NCBI RefSeq assembly: GCF_018350175.1
Contig: NC_058368.1
Location: 81,780,001-81,844,000, forward strand
Source: Felis catus
Taxonomy: Eukaryota
DNA length: 64,000 nucleotides
Reading direction: 5' to 3'
A model generated the notes under the pieces. The model searched no databases. It saw only the letters and a list, made by a program, of their open reading frames with translations, and was not told the origin of the DNA. This document shows positions 1 to 64,000 of this stretch, one piece after another. The position numbers were made by a program, and so were the translations under genes. Position 1 is the first letter of the stretch. Each line of letters starts with the position of its first letter.

Positions 1-3000
1 ATGGGGACCATTCACACACCCTTGGGGGCCACTCAGGCAAGGACTTGACCTGTATGTGGTTCACCTGTGGTCCCCCAGGGACACGGAAATCTGTGGCCGC
101 TCCGGGGTCATGTCCCACCCCTCCTCCCCAAGCCCCATGGGAGGGCGTCTCATGATCTCCCAGGTGATGGGGGGGCTACCTCCTGCTCCTGCACGCCCAG
201 AACAGAGCCGCAGCTATAACCCCTTTGCTGCCCCTGGACTTGGTTCTTGGCACCAGGGTGTGGGACTGCTGTTCTGTTGGAAAGGACATTCTGACGGTGC
301 TCTGCACTTCAAAGGGGCCTTCAACCCCCTGCCATAGCCTTTCTTCCAGAGCCCTGTGGGTGGCTTCCTGCCACCCCCGCCCCTCCCTTCTGAGCAGACA
401 GGCGAGTTGCCCTTGTAGCTACTGGTAAAGGCGGGTTAGCTCTTTGCAGACCTGCTGGTCTACATGCATCCTAGGCCACAATCCCCCCGGAGGTGAGGAA
501 CTGTGGCTAAGCCCATTTTGTGGGCTCTTCTCCCTGAACTACAGGCTCCGGCCCTGCTGGTGACCTCTGATCTGTGCATGAGTCCAGGCCAGTGTTAGGG
601 ACACCGCCGTTAAGAGAAACAGCTAAGTAGGTATATTTATTCTGACACTTAGTAGGTTTACAATTAATAGCTGGAACAACCCTGCGTTTGTCACTTGGAC
701 ACAGTGTCTGCCATTTGGTTCAGCAGCAGGATGTAAAGACCCTTGAAATATTGAGGTTCGTAAGGAGTGTTAGTAACGCCTCTTAGGAAGACAGAGCTTG
801 TTTTCACGTCGAAGGTTAGACAGGTGGGAACTCAGGGAAAAGCAGACGCTGAGAGGCAGTGCTTGCTGGGTGGTTTCTTCCCAACACTGGGGCTCCTAGG
901 GAGGACAGAGCCCTGCAGGACTCACCCAGGGCCGTGGGCTCCCGGGCGAGGCCTGCGCAGAGCTCAGGGCACAGCAGTCCTAACCTTACACATTTCTCAT
1001 CAGCAGTTTCATGAAAGCTGATTTGCTGGAGTCTGCTGCTAGGATTTTCCTTTACCTTTGAAACTGTGGATACCGGAGAGGCTGTGATCTTGCCTGTCGT
1101 ACAAGGAAAAGTCAGAGGTCCTGCCCAAAATCAAGGCTTTTGGTGCCTCGAGGCTCGTTAGTGAGAAGAATGGGCAGGAGCCGTCCTGTCTCTCTGTTGA
1201 TTACATTTTGGAGAAATGGGGATGAGGATACCGTGGGGGAAGATAAAGTAGACCCTGTTCCGGAAATTACCTTAATCGAGGACCCTTAGGGAGGTTGGCA
1301 TTCTGATGCACAGATTGCAGACAGAGGACATCTGAACCCCACGCAGAGCACCCAAAGTTCTCAGAGGACACGCTGGGAGATGTGAGGAGCCCTTCCCAAG
1401 TCAGAGGCCGCAGCGCAGTGAGCAGAAAGCCAACATTTATGAAACAGCACCAGAAACACGAGAGAGCAGGGTCCCTTATGTCTCGTTTTCCCGTATTTAT
1501 GTCCCCTGGTCACCATTGGTTTAAAACCTACTAAAATGTATTTCTTGCCTTGAAGAGTTTGAAAACCCCTGGGTTCGCGGTCAGGTTGATATGAATATGA
1601 TTTTCTCCTTTGTGCAAACCTTTCTTGTCACGCCCTGTGCTGGCCACACGGCACCCGGCTCTTGAGGAGCCTGTGTGCCGGGCACGGTCACAGTCACGGC
1701 AGCGTCCGACCTGTCCCACGTGGGAGCCGTGGGCCCAGACTTCAGCAGGTGGCGGCTTCTGCCTGTCCTTTGGGGATTGTTGTCGTCATCGTGTATCTGG
1801 GAATCAGAACTCTGAGCACGTGTGAGGGGAATCATCGCTCTCCGTGGAGTTAGAGACTTGACTCCACTGGTTTTGTGACTTGGTTTCTCAGTCTAAAGGC
1901 CAGGTCTTACTCAGTACTCGCAGGCAGGTCCCTGAACTTCTTAGGAGGAGTTATGAGAAAACAGCCGGAGGGGCGGTGATGGAGGGAAGCCGTCCTTGGA
2001 AAACCTCCTTGCTAGGGTGGGGTGCTGTTGCTCAGGGTTGACGTCATTCTACTGGACTTTGAGGGACACCAGCGACGATCTGCCCTCAGGTGGTGCACAC
2101 TGAGGTCACCTGCTGCTGAGGTCACCTGCTGCTGGGCGGCACGGATGACCACGGGCAGTGGGGCAGTGGCCGAGTCGAAGTGAGCGCACTGGGCAGCGCG
2201 GACCAGCTCTGCCCCCAGATCCCTGCTCTGGGACGTGCGGCTGTCTCTGTGGGGACCACCCGTCCCATCTGGCGGGTCTGCGAAGCCCCTGCATCTTCTC
2301 CACGAGAGAAACAAGTGCGATGTGGTTGTGTCCAGGCCGATTGGGAGGATTCGCTATTTATGAGTCTTTTTCTGGAAAAGGGTTGGGGGGAGCTGGTACT
2401 GACACATGTCCCATTTCTTAGCTGCCGGGCCGAGGGGCTGCTCTGTGTCAGGCTTTGTGTTTGGCTGGTTCTTAATTGAAGGTGCCGGGAGCCCCTGAGG
2501 CTTGAAGGTGACGCAGGAAGGTGGCGTCTGGCGCCTGCAGGGAGGGCAGTGAGAAGGGCCTTTCCCGTTGTCCCCCCTCCTTAGCAGAGCCTGGCCTGAG
2601 CCCTGTGACCCGCGTGCATCCCTGAGTGTGCTTGGGGCATTTTTGCGTCTTCCCCGCAGACTTGCCCACCTCCCCCAGGCCGTGCCCTCACCAATGTGTC
2701 ACCAACCCCCTTCCTCAGCTTGTAGCATGAGTCCTGTGGCAGGCGCCCAACTTGGTTCTATGACCACAGCCCCCAAGGCAGGGAGTCCACTTCATCAGGG
2801 GTGGGAGGGAGTCTGAAGAGCCAGCGGCTGTGTCCCAGGAGCAGGTGGGCTCGGGAGCCTTTCCTGCTGTAAGGGCAGGGGTGTGGCTGGTGTGGCCTCT
2901 GACAGCCTACGGGGGGTGAAGCTGGCCTTCTTGCTGCTGTCTGCCACCTGAGGTCTGGGGGAGCGGCAAAGGAGGCAGGCGGCCGTGCCAGGCTTATGTC

Positions 3001-5599
3001 CTTTCCTGCTGGTTTTCTTAGTTTCTTTGATATGGCCGTGTGATGAGCCAGCTGTTACAATGGTTCTGTACTTTTATTTTCTGGAACATTCCTGGTTCTG
3101 ATTCTGTGTTCTGCCCTGGAGACTGAGACCTTCAGGCAGAGCCAGAACCTGGTGACTCAAACCCCAGGACTGTACTTGAACTTCATTCAGGGTCAGGGTC
3201 ACGAACTTGAATACCCACCCCCCCATAGTTGAAAGATAATTTTCAAAAAAGGTAAAGAAAGCCATGATTCTCGTGCAAATACCAACGGACACGGGTTTAA
3301 GATTTTATTTTGCTTGTAGTGAGGGAACCGGATACTATAGCTGAGGGGGTGAGGCACTGGCGGACAGACTCCAAAATTTCTAATTAATCTGAAAAAAATT
3401 CATATGGTACAAACATGGCAAAAATGTTCACACGCTAAATCTGCTGGTTAATTTCTATGCTCTGTGGTTTTCTGTGTCTGAGTCGCTCATATGGGTGCTG
3501 CCCCCATATGAGTGAAAGTGGTTGGAAAAGTAGACAGTGCTCAGTGATGGGGACCAAGGGCCAGGCCAGCTGGACACTGCAGCTCTGACCACACCTGTGC
3601 CAGGCCCCCAGCCCAGAAGGATAAGGATCCATCACTGACCTCTGATGCTTGGCCCCCACTTCCAGGGGTGGGGCTAGCCCTGGAGTTCAGTCCTGCCCCT
3701 GGCCACGCCTCCTACATGCAGGGCACCCTGCCAGCCCTGGACGAAGGCTCCTTTCTTTCTTCCAGTGGGCTCGTGCTGAAATCTGTGCGTCTGTGTAGAG
3801 ACGGGCCTCCAGGTACTTTGTCAGTCCGTCCTTGACACTCCACTGTCTGTCCACATGGCACAATTAGTGAATGGACAGGACGGGGCCTGGACCCTTCCTT
3901 TTCTCACCAGGATCACACACTTAATTGCAGGAGAATCTTTGGTGGCCTGGCCTTTGCCTGACCTCAGAGTCGCTGCTCTGCTCCATTGGTCCTTTTGTTA
4001 GTTGTGGGCAAGGCCACGCGGTCACCTTGTCTAGTGTCATCACTCATTTTCAAGAAGACGGTTGACACCGAACCCTGTTTAAGCCATTCTGCTGACCTTT
4101 GACGTCTTCCTGTTGGGGTCCAGGCCCACATGGTGGTGGCCCTTGGTTTGGGATTGCTCCCTGTCAAGTGGCGGGTTCTAGCAAAGTCTGCTTGAAGAGG
4201 GGAGTGCTCGGGGGTCCAGGAGACAGGAGTCAGGATCTAACTGAATGCCTCAGGACACACTCAAGCCTGCACCCTGGATCTCATGGACCCGAGTGTCACT
4301 TGGGCCGAGAGGACTGCGGCAATCATGGAGAGTGTAGCCTGTGGTCGTCCTGTCCCCGAGGCCCTTGGCCGCCGGATACAGGCACCATACTGTCAGAGAG
4401 AGTGCCACCATGCACGTGAACCTGTACATGTCTGGGATTTTCAGGCAGCAGAGGTTCAACCCCAATGTCAGAACTATCTTTAGAAAAGAAAGATCAAAGG
4501 AAGGAGCCCTGCAGGCTGTTCGGAGAGCTGGGTCAGCGTTCAGAGAGCGGCTCTGACAGTTTCTACGTGGCTCTCGTCTCGTGACATTGCAGTGACCCTT
4601 TCTCAAAGCGGCTGCCTTCTGGGAGGGTGGGGCTGCCTCCGCTCCTGGGCTGGCCGGGGGTGGGGGGGTTGGGGGTGGGAGTGGTTGCACCTCGCTTCTC
4701 TTCCTGCTTTCTGTACATGCTCCCTCCACCAGCTCCAGGAAGACTGTGTCCTCCAGCCTCATATGGAATCTTCCAGGAGGCTCCGGGGCCCCAGGGCTGC
4801 TGCCTGCGGGCTCCCTGCAGATTCTCCCTGTCTGCTCCCTTCTGGCCATGTGACGGTCACAGGAGAAGCTGACAGGCATGTTTAGCGCTGCCCCTGCCCG
4901 CCCACAGCTTCTGCAGACGTGCCTGCCTGTGACGGGCAGGTAAGCAGATTCAGATTCTGAACAGGTGCCTTGGGGCTCTGGCCACTGCAGGTCCGGTAAG
5001 ATCCGGTGGTCCAGCTTTACAGCTTCCCAAGCCCCTGCCCTGTACCTGCCACTGGGGCCCCCAGGGGAGCAGCATTGACAGGTCTTGTCTGAGGCTGTGG
5101 CTCTCAGGGGTACACGGGAGATGCACACCCCCCCCCATCACTGGGGTGACTCATCATCTGCCCACAGACTCATACAGAGCACGAACTGGGCACCACAGAC
5201 ATGAGGTCTTTTGTATGAATCCCACTGTGTCATGCCCCCTGCTGGATTTCTCACTTCCTACAAGGTTTCTGTTTGTAGAATCTGCGGGGAAGGCTGGAAA
5301 GGGGAAAAAGGTTCAGACACAAGCAAGGCCTCTCCCGCTAAGAGGACGAAGGAGGACGAGCTGGAACCACAGGACTGTGCGTGTGGTGGGTGTGTGCACA
5401 AGCTGCGTGACCCTCGACCATGGCACTGCCCACGTGTTCCCGGGATGACAAGTGGCGACCTCGTGTGCATGTGGCCGCATGCCGCTTGCTCAAGTGTGTG
5501 TATCGGTCATTGCCAGTGACGTGTAACCCACCCACCCCAGGGGCCACCCTTCTGCGTGGACACTCGTCGGTGTCTGCTGGAACGTGTTCCTAGTGCTGT

Positions 5600-6190
5600 G
5601 CGCCTGCCATGCCCCCAGTCAGAATATCTTCCTCCAGAAGAAACCACCCGTGGTTACTTGTCCAGCCCTTGGCAAGCCCTGTCTGTCTGGACTTGCATGT
5701 CCTAGACAGTTCGCATGAATGGAACCCTACAGCACGTGGCCTTTTCTCTCGGCTTCTCCCCCTTACGTGCATTTTCAGGGTTCACCCGTGCTACAGCGCG
5801 TGCTCTTTTCATGGCTGCGTAGTAAGTCCATTGTGTAGGTGGAGCAGCCTTGTCGTCTGTCCCTTGGTTGGTTGACATTCAGGTTGTTTCCACTGTTCGG
5901 CTGTTGTGAATGATGCTGCCGTGGACACACGTGTGTGTACATGCTTATGTGGACCTGCACTTTCGCTTCTCTTGGGTGCGAAACCAGGGGTGGGATCTCT
6001 GCGTCGCTTGGGGACTCCACCTTCACCCTCCTGGGGAAGTGGAGGACTGTCCCCTCCACTATCCCGCCATGATGGTGAGGCCCTAGCCCCCTGCACCTGC
6101 CTCGGTGGCGGGGGCGGGGGGGGGGCGGCGTGAAGTGCGGTGTCCTTGTGGTTCTGATTTGTACCTCACACCCACTCGTGATGGTGAATG
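5600..6190 (-). mobile_element. Old LINE-1 3' fragment, antisense (boundaries approximate)
   Basis: L1-like text ggttgtttccactgttcggctgttgtgaatgatgctgccgtggacacac...cttctcttgggtg; the minus-strand translation resembles the ORF2 C-terminus (PSDAEIPPLVSHPREAK). Confidence 0.7.
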
Positions 6191-7410
6191 TCCAGTGTGC
6201 TCTGTTGCCTCCCAGCTTGTCTGAATATCCGTTCAGCGATGTGAATGGACTGGATGTCGGATCTTTGGTGAATTTAACCGTTTCAGAGTCAGCTGCTTTA
6301 TCGAGGTCAGAAGTGGACGACGGAGGGTTTGCTGTGTTGCCATAAGCTTTCTGTCCACCGAGTCATGTCTACACGTGTTCGGGATTTAACACCCTTTCTG
6401 TGTAAGAGAATACGTTCACACAACAACCAGCATCGTAAGAGCCCATTAGTGACACACAGTCTGCTGGAATAAACTGTATCATCTGCCTGCATCTTTCCAG
6501 ATTGGACGTAAATGTACTGCACATGTTAGTGAAACGGTCCAGTTTGTCTGCAGTGTTTTCTGTGCCGTGGAACAAAGGTGGGACTTTTTATTCCCAGCTC
6601 AGTGGGACAGAAGCACTGAGCCCTCCGGGGCATGTGACCCACAGGGCACTGTGCCATCACCTCAGAGGACACATCGTTCACACCCGGATCTGCCGGTGGG
6701 TACGCAGGTTGAGAGAGCCGAGCCCCATGGCATGCGGGGGTTCTGCTCTCCGGTCTTGCTTGCTGCTGAAGAGGCTTCCTTGTTTGTGGTTCCTCCTGGT
6801 GCCTCGTTTCTGGAACAGCATGCCCACCTGGAGCAGCCTGCACCCAACAGTTTCACCGAGCCCCCTGCCCCCTGCCCCCTGTTGTAGTTTTAGGCGTTTG
6901 CCCCCTTGTTCCTGTAGGTGACAATCTCATTCATGTGGAAATAGGAAGAGACTCCTCCCCCCTCTGACCCGCCAGGCAGCGGGGGGGGGGGGGGGGTACT
7001 CTGTGCTCCCCGTGAGTACAGCACAGGGGTGGGGTTTGCCTCTTGGAGGCAGGAGGGCGCTGGGGCCTGCTGCACAGGTCAGGTGCACACTTTAGAGTGG
7101 GCTTGGTGCTGGCATGCAGGTGCCCCCTGTGCAGCCAGGGCGCTGACAAGGAACGATCAGTGTTGGAGCCTGTACTGCTGCTGAGTGTCCCTGGCCATCT
7201 CCAGGGCTCCAGGGTTCATGTCACAGAGGGCGTCCCATCCAAGACGAGTACCTAGAAAGAGAGGCTGGCGTGTCTGTCTTCCTGCCCTCGGGAGGTTTTG
7301 TGACAACCCACACCTTCATTCTCAGGGCTCCCAGTGACAGAATTGCCTTTTTGTGTTCAGCAGAGTTGCAGAACAGACCAGGTGACGCATACTTGGTTCA
7401 AGACCGGCGA

Positions 7411-7592
7411 GGGGTGCCAAGGTGGCTCAGTCAGTTAGGCAAACAACTTCAGCTCAGGTCACATTCTCACGGTTGGTGAGTTCAAGCCCTGTGTCAGACG
7501 CTGCTGTCAGCACAGAGCCCACTGTGGATCCTGTGTCTCCTTCTCTCTCTGTCCCTCCCCCTCAAAAATAAACATACATTAAAAAAAAGAAA
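7411..7592 (+). mobile_element. Can-SINE (feliform SINEC type), diverged
   Basis: ggggtgcc..ggtggctcagtcagtta head, CT-rich body, aaaaataaac/A tail. Confidence 0.88.
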
Positions 7593-9388
7593 TTGTGTAA
7601 TTGGGGCTAATAGGTACTAAGTGTGCAGAGTAGCAGAGGATTGCTGACAAAGCGGACACAGAAATGTTGAATCACACGTCCATAGTCACGGGGCCGGTCA
7701 GCTGCAGGGCACACGCATGATGTGGGCGTGATCGTGAATCGCTTTCTCCGGGGGCGTCTTGTTGGATGTGTTGTCTATATGTTTTGCACACCTGGTCTTA
7801 GCTTCCTCAGAATTGGACATTTTTGCAGAGAACAGCACGCGGAACTCACCTGGGTCTTGGTCTGAACCCAAAGATGCTTCCTGCATGTCAGGGCCACACA
7901 CGAGACCCCTTGTAAGCGCCGTTCCCTGGTGTCCCTCCTTGGGCGCTATTACACTGACCATTTGGTGAGCAGAGTCAGCCGGAAGCAGAACATCACCATG
8001 GCCTTTCTGCCCACCGACTCGTAGTCTATTCGTAGAAGCAGCAGGTCTGGCCGAAGCTTGTGGGTCATTGCTTCTTTTTGTTCCTTGGGGAACAGCATGA
8101 AGGTAGCTTCCTTACGCACAGCCTAGTTTTCATCCAGTAAGTACGTGGCTCGCTCCCAAATGGGTTTTTTGTTGCAGTGACATAGGCAAACCCCAGTGCT
8201 TGTTGGTGTTCAGTCACTTTTCTGGGCTGGTCTTGTCCCGTAGGCGGATATAGTGTCCCGATGTGCAGTAGGTAAAGTCGTGGGCTGGACGCGGCCAGGA
8301 GGCCCCCCTCCACGCACCGCAGACACGTCCCCTGTCTGGGAGGATCGGGGCTTCCAGAGTCGGTGTTGTGGCTGAAGCCTAGCGGCTGGCTTTGAAGTAG
8401 GAGCAGGGCCCCCGGGGTTCTCATTTTTGTGTTACAAGTCATGTTTTAATGCTTTTCTTTCCTTTCCAGTTTCTCTATTATGTGTTCCTTTTAGCGTAAG
8501 TTCTGGAATCCGTGGGAATGAGAAGCATCCGTGGCTGTGTCTCGCGCATGAAGGGATGTCCGGGACTTAGATTTGTATGTAAAGCTCTTACGCCGCTGTG
8601 TCAGCACCCGTTACTGGTGGCCTCACCTGGACGGGGAAGCAGCGGAAAAGGCCGTGGGTGGCGGGGACGCGGCCTGGCCATTGCATCGTGGGCTCCTGGG
8701 GCACCACATCCGAGTTCCTGCCAGTTTGGGGGCCCAGCCCGTTCCCTCCGGTGATCTTGCACCATTTCCCATGTCCCTGCCGCATGTCTCTGGAAACGGG
8801 TGGAGTTCTGGGGACCGAGTCGGTCTTTGCCCTCAGTCCGCGTGGACATCCGGCAAAGCCAGGCCCTAGAGAAGGCACGGAGGGAAAGTGCGTGCGGGCG
8901 GCTACCGTGGACCCCGTGGTGCTGGGGGCACATCTGTAGACTTCTGACCCCTCGAAGCCGGGAGGTAGGCCCGCGCCATGCCACACAAGCAACAAGAGCA
9001 AAACAGTGTGACGTGAGGCTGTCCTCGCCTCAGCCCACAGGGACACTGCTGGCCTGTGTGACCCCGTCCACCTGGCTCCACAAGCGAGGGTGGGCGCCGC
9101 GCTGGGCGGAACACTCTGGCTCCCCACAGCCGTGCGGTTCTCTTCCCGCTCCTGTTCTCCGTTTCCTGCTTTCGTTCCTCGTCAGCCACCATGAGTGAGG
9201 GGCTGTCACTGTCCTCAGGGGCCATGAGGCTGCCTGAGGCCAATGTCTCAGTGACAGCTGAGTCGGAGCTGTGACCTGACCCGCCTTTCTTCCTGTCCCG
9301 TCACCCTGACCTTCTGCAGTGCTGGTGTTCCCACCTCCTCCCCCCCCCCATGACTCACTGTATCCCAACAGGCTGACGGAGTGTGAGG

Positions 9389-9790
9389 CCAGGACCTGGG
9401 GCTGGGCTGCTGGTCTGGGGGTCCCAGGACCCGGGGTTTGGCTGCTGGTCTAAAGGGACCAGAACCCGGGACAGGGCTGCTGGTCTTGGTGGGGGAGACC
9501 AGAACCCGGGGCAGGGCTGCTGGTCTTAGGGGGGGGACCAGAACCCGGGGCTGGGCTGCTGTACTGGGGGGGCCAGGACCCGGGGCTGGGCTGCTGTGTG
9601 TCAGGGGTCCAGAACCCGGACTGGACTGCTGTATGGGGGTGCCAGGACCCAGGGCTGGGCTGCCGGGTAGGGATCCCAGGACCTGGGCTAGGCTGCTGTA
9701 TGGGGCTGCCAGGTGGGGGTCCCAGGATCTGGGCTGGTCTGCTGGTCTTGGGGGTGCCAGGACCCGGGAGCGGGCTGCTGTATGGGGCTG
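9389..9790 (+). repeat. G-rich minisatellite, about 11 copies of a 33-40 bp unit
   Basis: Unit approximately CCAGGACCCGGGGCTGGGCTGCTGGTCTGGGGGT. Confidence 0.9.
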
Positions 9791-10323
9791 CATTTTAGTC
9801 TCTCATCTGTGGCTGCAGTGTCATAGGCACCTCCGTGCTGAAGGCACAGGGTCTGGTTCGGTGTTTTAAAGGTTCTCCTGTCAGAAGACATTTACCGGGT
9901 GCCTCGCGCACGTGATACTGAATAGTAGAGTCAGACGTCAGCCTCCTGTCTTCCCAGGAGGGCCCTTGAGCAGGGGGACCCGAAACGGCTCAGCAGCTCC
10001 ATCGTGAACTCATAGTTTCACCCTGTCATTAAAGACCCACCACCACGTTTCTAAGGGGGCTGCCTTTTTTGTTGGAAGCGTCAGGACCGTGCTGGGCCTT
10101 CTGTCTGCGTATGAGCCCAGCCACGTCTGTTCCCCTGACCACCAGCTTGTAAGGGCTTCCCTGTCGGGTGCAGACCGCCTGGCTCGGCCCAGTTCCTTGA
10201 GGAACTTAGCCCGTGGGGGTTGAGTGACGGGAGCCCGCTCTTCCCATGAGCGAGGACGCGCCTTACAGCTCGCGCTCTGCAGAGGGTCCGTCACCTGTGC
10301 TGACGGCACTCTGTTCTCCGCAG

Positions 10324-63292
<52,969 letters not shown>

Positions 63293-64000
63293 GTACGACC
63301 CGGATGAAACATTCCCCATGCTGCACATGCTCCCTTCCAGGGCTCTTATGCATTTTCTACACGACGTTCCTGTGGCAAGTCACAGCGCTGGGGCCCGGGA
63401 CAGCAGGGGGAGCGAGGCCGAGTGCTCCCCCCTTCTCTGGCCCGTGCTCTCCGTGAGGAGACGCAAGGAGTGCTTCCCGATCGGGCCGGGATGAGCGAGA
63501 CCGGGGTGCTTGGCAGGGAACCTGGTCCAGACGGCAGGCCTGGCCTGTCTTCTCTGAAGAAGTCGCTACTGAAACGGGAACCTGGGAGGAGGTCACCCTC
63601 CTCATCACGGGTCCCACATGTTCGGTGCTTCCTGGAACAGGGCCCAGGCTGGCAGGCCTGGCTCGTTCGGCATCCCCCGTGCCAGCAGTGACGGCCAGTG
63701 TCTCGGGTGAGCCGGCGGGGCTGGCCTGGGGCCCCGTGCTCTTACAGGAAGACCGCTGTGGCTGCCGTGCTGAAAACAAGCCTGTGAATTAAACATGAGC
63801 AGGACAGTCAACCTGCAGGGAAGCCGGCAAGTTGTGATGCTGGCGTGGTGCGTCCTGATGGGGCGGGCATCTGCTCTGGTGCTTTCAGGGCCACACCTGT
63901 GTCATGCTGTCCCTTCTGCCCAGAATGTCCTTTCCAACTAGCCTACTGGGTGAGCTCCTACTGATCCTTCAAAACCCTGTGGGTCATCGTCCTCCGTGAT

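Noticed and set aside
4930..4946. Strong donor CAG|GTAAGC in intron 1 as a possible alternative first exon
   Set aside because: I found no convincing paired acceptor, promoter or in-frame start.
4250..5128. 292-aa minus-strand ORF in intron 1
   Set aside because: No recognisable homology; the composition fits GC-rich non-coding DNA.
9389..9790. Regularly spaced repeats suggestive of a CRISPR array (also 57968-58228)
   Set aside because: Degenerate tandem units without unique spacers, in mammalian intron context with no cas genes.

Overview
Eukaryotic genomic DNA: a GC-rich, intron-dominated stretch from a feliform carnivore, inferred from the cat-type tRNA-derived Can-SINEs. It holds the + strand body of ATP11A, the P4-ATPase phosphatidylserine/phosphatidylethanolamine flippase. 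I resolved 26 consecutive GT-AG coding exons (2-27 by human numbering from memory; 3122 nt, about residues 14-1054). They splice into one open frame with the DGES, PVSM, DKTGT, TGDK and GDGAND motifs intact. Exon 1 and the final exons lie outside the window. The introns carry about 13 Can-SINE copies, old L1/MIR fragments and several GC-rich minisatellites. Two observations stand out. (1) A 188-bp, 96%-identical, non-SINE inverted repeat brackets exons 11-12, a layout typical of circRNA formation or exon looping. (2) A 24-nt in-frame candidate microexon (IMTTNTHM) lies between exons 25 and 26, in the TM7-TM8 exoplasmic loop. Nearly all ORF-track entries are non-coding noise. I see no prokaryote-type system.
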